Shown piece by piece: positions 60,294 through 64,000 of a DNA stretch of 64,000 bases. The notes under the pieces are model-generated. The model searched no databases. It saw only the letters and a program-made list of their open reading frames with translations, and was not told the origin of the DNA. Position numbers and translations under genes: made by a program. This DNA comes from an uncultured delta proteobacterium. GTDB lineage: Bacteria; Desulfobacterota; Binatia; UTPRO1. Position 1 is the first letter of the stretch; every line of letters begins with the position of its first letter. The stretch lies in the NCBI GenBank assembly GCA_963761995.1, contig CAVXIU010000003.1, positions 8,612 to 72,611 on the forward strand. Direction: 5' to 3'.

Positions 60294-60340
60294 CACGACT
60301 GAAAATCGTGGTGTCCCCGGTTCGAGTCCGGGTCTCGCCA
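60294..60340 (+). repeat. att core: tRNA-Phe 3' part, copy 4
   Basis: Identical to 1887-1933. Confidence 0.97.
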
Positions 60341-61051
60341 TGTTGGGGCCCGGAATCCCGCATGTGCTGGATTCTCTGGTCGGTGGTGCAACGCATTCTC
60401 AAGCTTTGCCGCACACGGGCAGAAATCGTGGTCGTTTCAGTTCTAGTGACGAGGCCGCGAACCGCTTGCTCGGGGAGTGCCCCGGCCTTGTCCGCTTCCT
60501 GCGAAGGGTGTGGACCATCCGGCCGAAACGCGCCGCGATCTCCTTTTTGTCTCCGATTTCTTGAGGTTGGTCGAGGGTTGCGCACCCGCGCTCAGGCCTC
60601 GCGTCGTGCGAGATTTGGCCGGCGTCGCGGTGGCAGTCTGTTTGCCCGAGCACCGCGGTCTCGCGGCCCTGGCGCGCCGTCCATGCGCTGACTCACGTGC
60701 GGTGTCGGGAATGCCCGTACCCACGTCGGAGCGGGCGCCTGCAGAGTCACGGACGGACGCCCGCAAATCATCCCGAGCGGGCGTTGGCCGACGCGACTTC
60801 GAGGCGCTCGCTCCTCGTCCCAAGCGAGCGTTCGACGCCTGGACTCGGGGACGTTCGCTTCGATGGGGAAGAAGGAGCACTCGTTCCCGCTCGGTCCCTA
60901 AGCGTGCTGGTTGGCGCTCTGGGCGCCAGGTCGGGTCGGCGGCTGGGAGTGGGGCGATGGATCGCCGGTGCGCACGCGCGGGCTGCCCGGCACGGCCCGA
61001 GGGTCGGACCGTGCCGGGCACAAACGCGAAGCAGCGCGGCGCCTGCGGCTA

Positions 61052-61567
61052 CTAGGGGATCAGGACGCGGTTGATGACGTGGATGATGCCGTTGGAGGCG
61101 CGCACGTCGGCGGTGACGACCTTCGACCGGTTCACGAACACGTTGCGGCCGCGGACGCGGATCTTCACGCGCTTGCCGTTGAGCGTCTTGATCGACGAGC
61201 GCTTGATGACGCGCTTGGCGGCGAGCCGGCCTGAGGCGACGTGGTAGAGCAGCACCGCCTTCAGCTTCGCCTTGTCCTTGCCGAGCGCCTTGAGCGTCTT
61301 CTTCGGCACCTTCTTGAACGCGGCATCGGTCGGTGCGAAGACCGTGTAGGGCCCCGTCCCGGAGAGCGTCTCGGCCAGGCCCGCCTGCTTGACCAGCGAG
61401 ACCAGGGTGGTGAAGTTGCCGGCCGCGACGGCGGTCTCGACGATGTTGGGCTTGGCCGCCGCGGCGGTTGCGGGGCGTGCGCTCGCCGGCGCGGCCGCAA
61501 GCGCCAGGGCGGCAAGTCCGGCGACGAGCGCGGCGGCGCCGCGGCGCGCGGTGGTGATGGTGCTCAT
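61052..61567 (-). CDS. Fasciclin domain protein
   Basis: NIVETA, YTVFAPTDAAF, NGIIHVINRVL. Confidence 0.92.
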   Translation of the reverse strand: MSTITTARRGAAALVAGLAALALAAAPASARPATAAAAKPNIVETAVAAGNFTTLVSLVKQAGLAETLSGTGPYTVFAPTDAAFKKVPKKTLKALGKDKAKLKAVLLYHVASGRLAAKRVIKRSSIKTLNGKRVKIRVRGRNVFVNRSKVVTADVRASNGIIHVINRVLIP

Positions 61568-61585
61568 GGTGCTCCTTTGGTGAGA

Positions 61586-61668
61586 TGGACGAACAAACAT
61601 TGGACAAGCCATGAACAGATAACCACGGACACCCCTCCTTGTCAAGTCCTTGTTCATTGTTTGTCCAG
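61586..61668. promoter_or_regulatory. CarH-type operator: two inverted sets of 11-bp-period repeats
   Basis: GAACA/GGACA/GAACA at 61591, 61602, 61613; TGTCA/TGTTC/TGTCC at 61640, 61651, 61662. Confidence 0.7.
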
Positions 61669-61685
61669 CGACTATGCTGCACGGC

Positions 61686-62537
61686 ATGGCAGCCGCCACG
61701 CTTCGCATCGGTGAGCTCGCGCGGCGCTCCGGTGTCAGCGCCGACCTCCTCCGCGCTTGGGAGCGCCGCTACGCGCTCCTCACGCCGGTGCGCACCGAGG
61801 GCGGCTACCGGCTCTACTCCGCCGACGACGAGGCGCGCGTGCGCTCGATGCGAGCCCACCTCGCACAGGGACTGTCGGCCGCCGAGGCAGCGCGACTGGT
61901 CCGCGAGGCGACAGCGGGCGCCGCTCAGAACGGCGCTCCGGCGGATCTCGCCGCAGCGCTGTGGTCCGCGCTCGACGGGTTCGACGACGCGGGCGCACAG
62001 GCCGCCTTCGACCGGCTCGTGGCCGCGTTCAGCATCGAAGCGGTCGCGGAGACGGCCATCCTGCCCTACCTGCGGGCGCTCGGCGAGCGCTGGCGCGACG
62101 GCGACGCCTCGGTGGCGCAAGAGCACTTCGCGACCGGCCTGTTGCGTGCGCGGCTGCTGGGCCTGGCGCGCGGCTGGGACCGCGGCGCCGGTCCTCGCGC
62201 GCTGCTCGCCTGCCCGTCAGGCGAACACCACGACCTCGGGCTCATCATCCTCGGCCTCGCGCTGCGCGATCGCGGCTGGCGCGTGACCTTCCTCGGTCCC
62301 GACACGCCGATCCAGACGCTCGCAGCCGCCGCCGACCAGCTCGCGCCCGACGTCGTCGTGCTCTCCTCACTCGCGCGCGAACCGCTCCTCGCGGCCGAAA
62401 CCGAGATCGCGCAGATCGCCGCCTCGCGGCCCCTACTCCTCGCCGGCCCCGGCGCGGATACCGAACTGGCCGAACGCTCAGGAGCCCGACTGCTCGCCGG
62501 AAACCCGATCGACGCTGCCGACGAAGTGTCCGCGTAG
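61686..62537 (+). CDS. CarH/LitR-like B12-binding MerR regulator
   Basis: MerR HTH LRAWERRY, W-x9-EH (WRDGDASVAQEH), EHHDLG B12 motif. Confidence 0.9.
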   Translation: MAAATLRIGELARRSGVSADLLRAWERRYALLTPVRTEGGYRLYSADDEARVRSMRAHLAQGLSAAEAARLVREATAGAAQNGAPADLAAALWSALDGFDDAGAQAAFDRLVAAFSIEAVAETAILPYLRALGERWRDGDASVAQEHFATGLLRARLLGLARGWDRGAGPRALLACPSGEHHDLGLIILGLALRDRGWRVTFLGPDTPIQTLAAAADQLAPDVVVLSSLAREPLLAAETEIAQIAASRPLLLAGPGADTELAERSGARLLAGNPIDAADEVSA

Positions 62538-62836
62538 CGCGAGCGACCGCGTGCGCCGAAGGTCAGCCCCGAACGCGCCGGCTGCGTTGTACGCCGCTCG
62601 GGAGCCGGCAGCGCCGCGCTCAAGAACGCTCCAATCAGTCGCCTGCGCCAATCCGCCCAGGAGCCCGAACCCGTGCGGGACACGCCGGCTGCCCGCGCGA
62701 GCCATGCTCCTGGGCCTGCTTCTGCGCGCACGACCGCCGAGCGAATCCCATGCCTTCCAGAAGCGCACAGACGAGGGCTCGCGAGCCTCGCCCCGCGCCG
62801 GCCACGTGCCCAACGTGGCCGGCGCAGGTGAGTGCG

Positions 62837-63436
62837 TCACGTCCCGGCCGGCACGAGCACGCGGTCGATCGTGTGGATCACGCCGTTGGTCGCCCGGATG
62901 TTCAGACCGGACAGCACGAGCCGGGGATCGCGCAGCCCCGGCGTCTCGTCGCGGAGGTACAGGCCGCGCGGCTTGACCGTTCCGCCGTTGGCCATCGTCA
63001 GGCGGCCCGCCAGTAGCACCTGCAGCGGACCCAGCTTCCTGCCGGCGACGACGTGGTAGAGCAGCACGTTCTTGATCTTGTCGACGCCGAGCGTCGCGAC
63101 CACGGCGTCGAGCGCGGCCTGCTCGCTCGCGGGGTAGCTGCCGCTCAGATCGGCCACCAAGCGCATGAACGCCCGATCGTTGGGCGCGAACACCGTGAAG
63201 CGCGAGCTCTCGTCGTCCAGCACAGGCGCGAGCCCCGTCGCGCTGACGGCCTGGACGAGGAGGTCGTAGTCGCTGGGGTTGGCGTCCGGCGCCCCGCCAC
63301 CGGATGCGTTGACGGCGACGTCAACGACCGAGCCCGCGGGCTGATGGTGCCACCACCTCGACGATGCGGATGCCGGTGTGGCCACAGCGCTCGCCACGAC
63401 GATGGCGGCCGCGATGACAGTGATGATGCGACGCAT
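62837..63436 (-). CDS. Fasciclin domain protein
   Basis: Signal peptide, FTVFAPNDRAF, NGVIHTIDRVL. Confidence 0.9.
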   Translation of the reverse strand: MRRIITVIAAAIVVASAVATPASASSRWWHHQPAGSVVDVAVNASGGGAPDANPSDYDLLVQAVSATGLAPVLDDESSRFTVFAPNDRAFMRLVADLSGSYPASEQAALDAVVATLGVDKIKNVLLYHVVAGRKLGPLQVLLAGRLTMANGGTVKPRGLYLRDETPGLRDPRLVLSGLNIRATNGVIHTIDRVLVPAGT

Positions 63437-63684
63437 GGAGTTCCCTTCGGAGAGGACAGGTCGCTTCTCGTTACGGGGCCATCAGCCTCGGCGGTTTGAC
63501 GTTCCACCGGCATGGCGCGCTCCCGCTCCCGGTCCGCGGGGCGATGCCGCCCGACCGCTGAGGCTTCGCGATGTGTCTCGCCGGTCGCCGTGATCCCACG
63601 AGCGGTGTGCGCCGTAGAAACGCCGACTTTCAACGATCCGGAGAGCGACATGGCGAGATTGCGATGCACCGACGGGTGGCCATC

Positions 63685-63861
63685 ATGACCAGAGAGCGCT
63701 TGGGCGTGACGCTGATCCTGACCGCCGCCGTGATGTCCTTCCTGCTCTCGATCGCGCTCTGGTTCACCGACAACCAGGACGAGGGCGTGTTCGTGGGGCT
63801 GTGGGTGCCGTCGATCCTCGCGGCGGGCGGCTTCTGGATGGCCGCGGCGAGGACGCGATGA
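63685..63861 (+). CDS. Small membrane protein
   Basis: Two TM segments, GVFVGLWVPSIL. Confidence 0.7.
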   Translation: MTRERLGVTLILTAAVMSFLLSIALWFTDNQDEGVFVGLWVPSILAAGGFWMAAARTR

Positions 63862-64000
63862 CCGGCCTCGACGTGCTCTTGGCCGTCGCCGGGCTCGCCG
63901 CGACGGCGCTCCTGGTGGCCGGCATGATTCTCCTGACACCGCGCGGCACCGTCGAGCCGAGCCCGGCCGGCACTCCAGAGCCTCCCCGCACGGCCCCGCC
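63858..64000 (+). CDS. Small membrane protein, runs off window
   Basis: ATGA overlap, MTGLDVLLAVAGLAATALLVAGMILLTPRG. Confidence 0.55.
   Translation, partial: MTGLDVLLAVAGLAATALLVAGMILLTPRGTVEPSPAGTPEPPRTAP

Larger units (their letters stand above)
33053..60340. mobile_element. Genomic island 3 (27 kb, possibly composite)
   Basis: Bounded by att copies 3 and 4; left arm has GAGTGCCTAA twice at 33183-33204. Confidence 0.75.

Noticed and set aside
25890-60340. Three additional tRNA-Phe genes
   Set aside because: Copies lack the 5' acceptor strand and D-arm; they are att duplications.
2130-60900. CRISPR array interpretation of the palindromes
   Set aside because: No regular repeat-spacer period, repeats are degenerate and in mixed orientation, and no cas genes are present.

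Overview
Very GC-rich actinobacterial DNA; gene content resembles Thermoleophilia/Solirubrobacterales (inference). An intact tRNA-Phe(GAA) at 1861-1933 is followed by three more copies of its 46-bp 3' part (25890, 33053, 60295). These split the window into tandem islands of about 24 kb, 7 kb and 27 kb, plus a probable fourth starting at 60.3 kb. Islands 1 and 2 share both terminal arms, but no canonical integrase lies next to any att site. Inside the islands, one- to few-gene modules alternate with 250-750-bp non-coding blocks built from a family of degenerate ~30-bp palindromes. One palindrome is split at its centre by an IS1111-type (IS110 family) element, and two identical copies bracket a 9.8-kb carotenoid module. 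Island 1 holds a minimal catalytic-domain-only tyrosine recombinase with a one-base frameshift. Together these suggest an integron-like or dif-module-like cassette system (hypothesis). Also present: a probable DsrE-like selenoprotein (UGA in UxxC plus SECIS-like hairpin), a carotenoid acyl-glycoside cluster with many frameshifts, a CarH/LitR B12 photoreceptor with 11-bp operator repeats, a SoxR-like regulon and a SARP-transmembrane-solute-binding fusion regulator.
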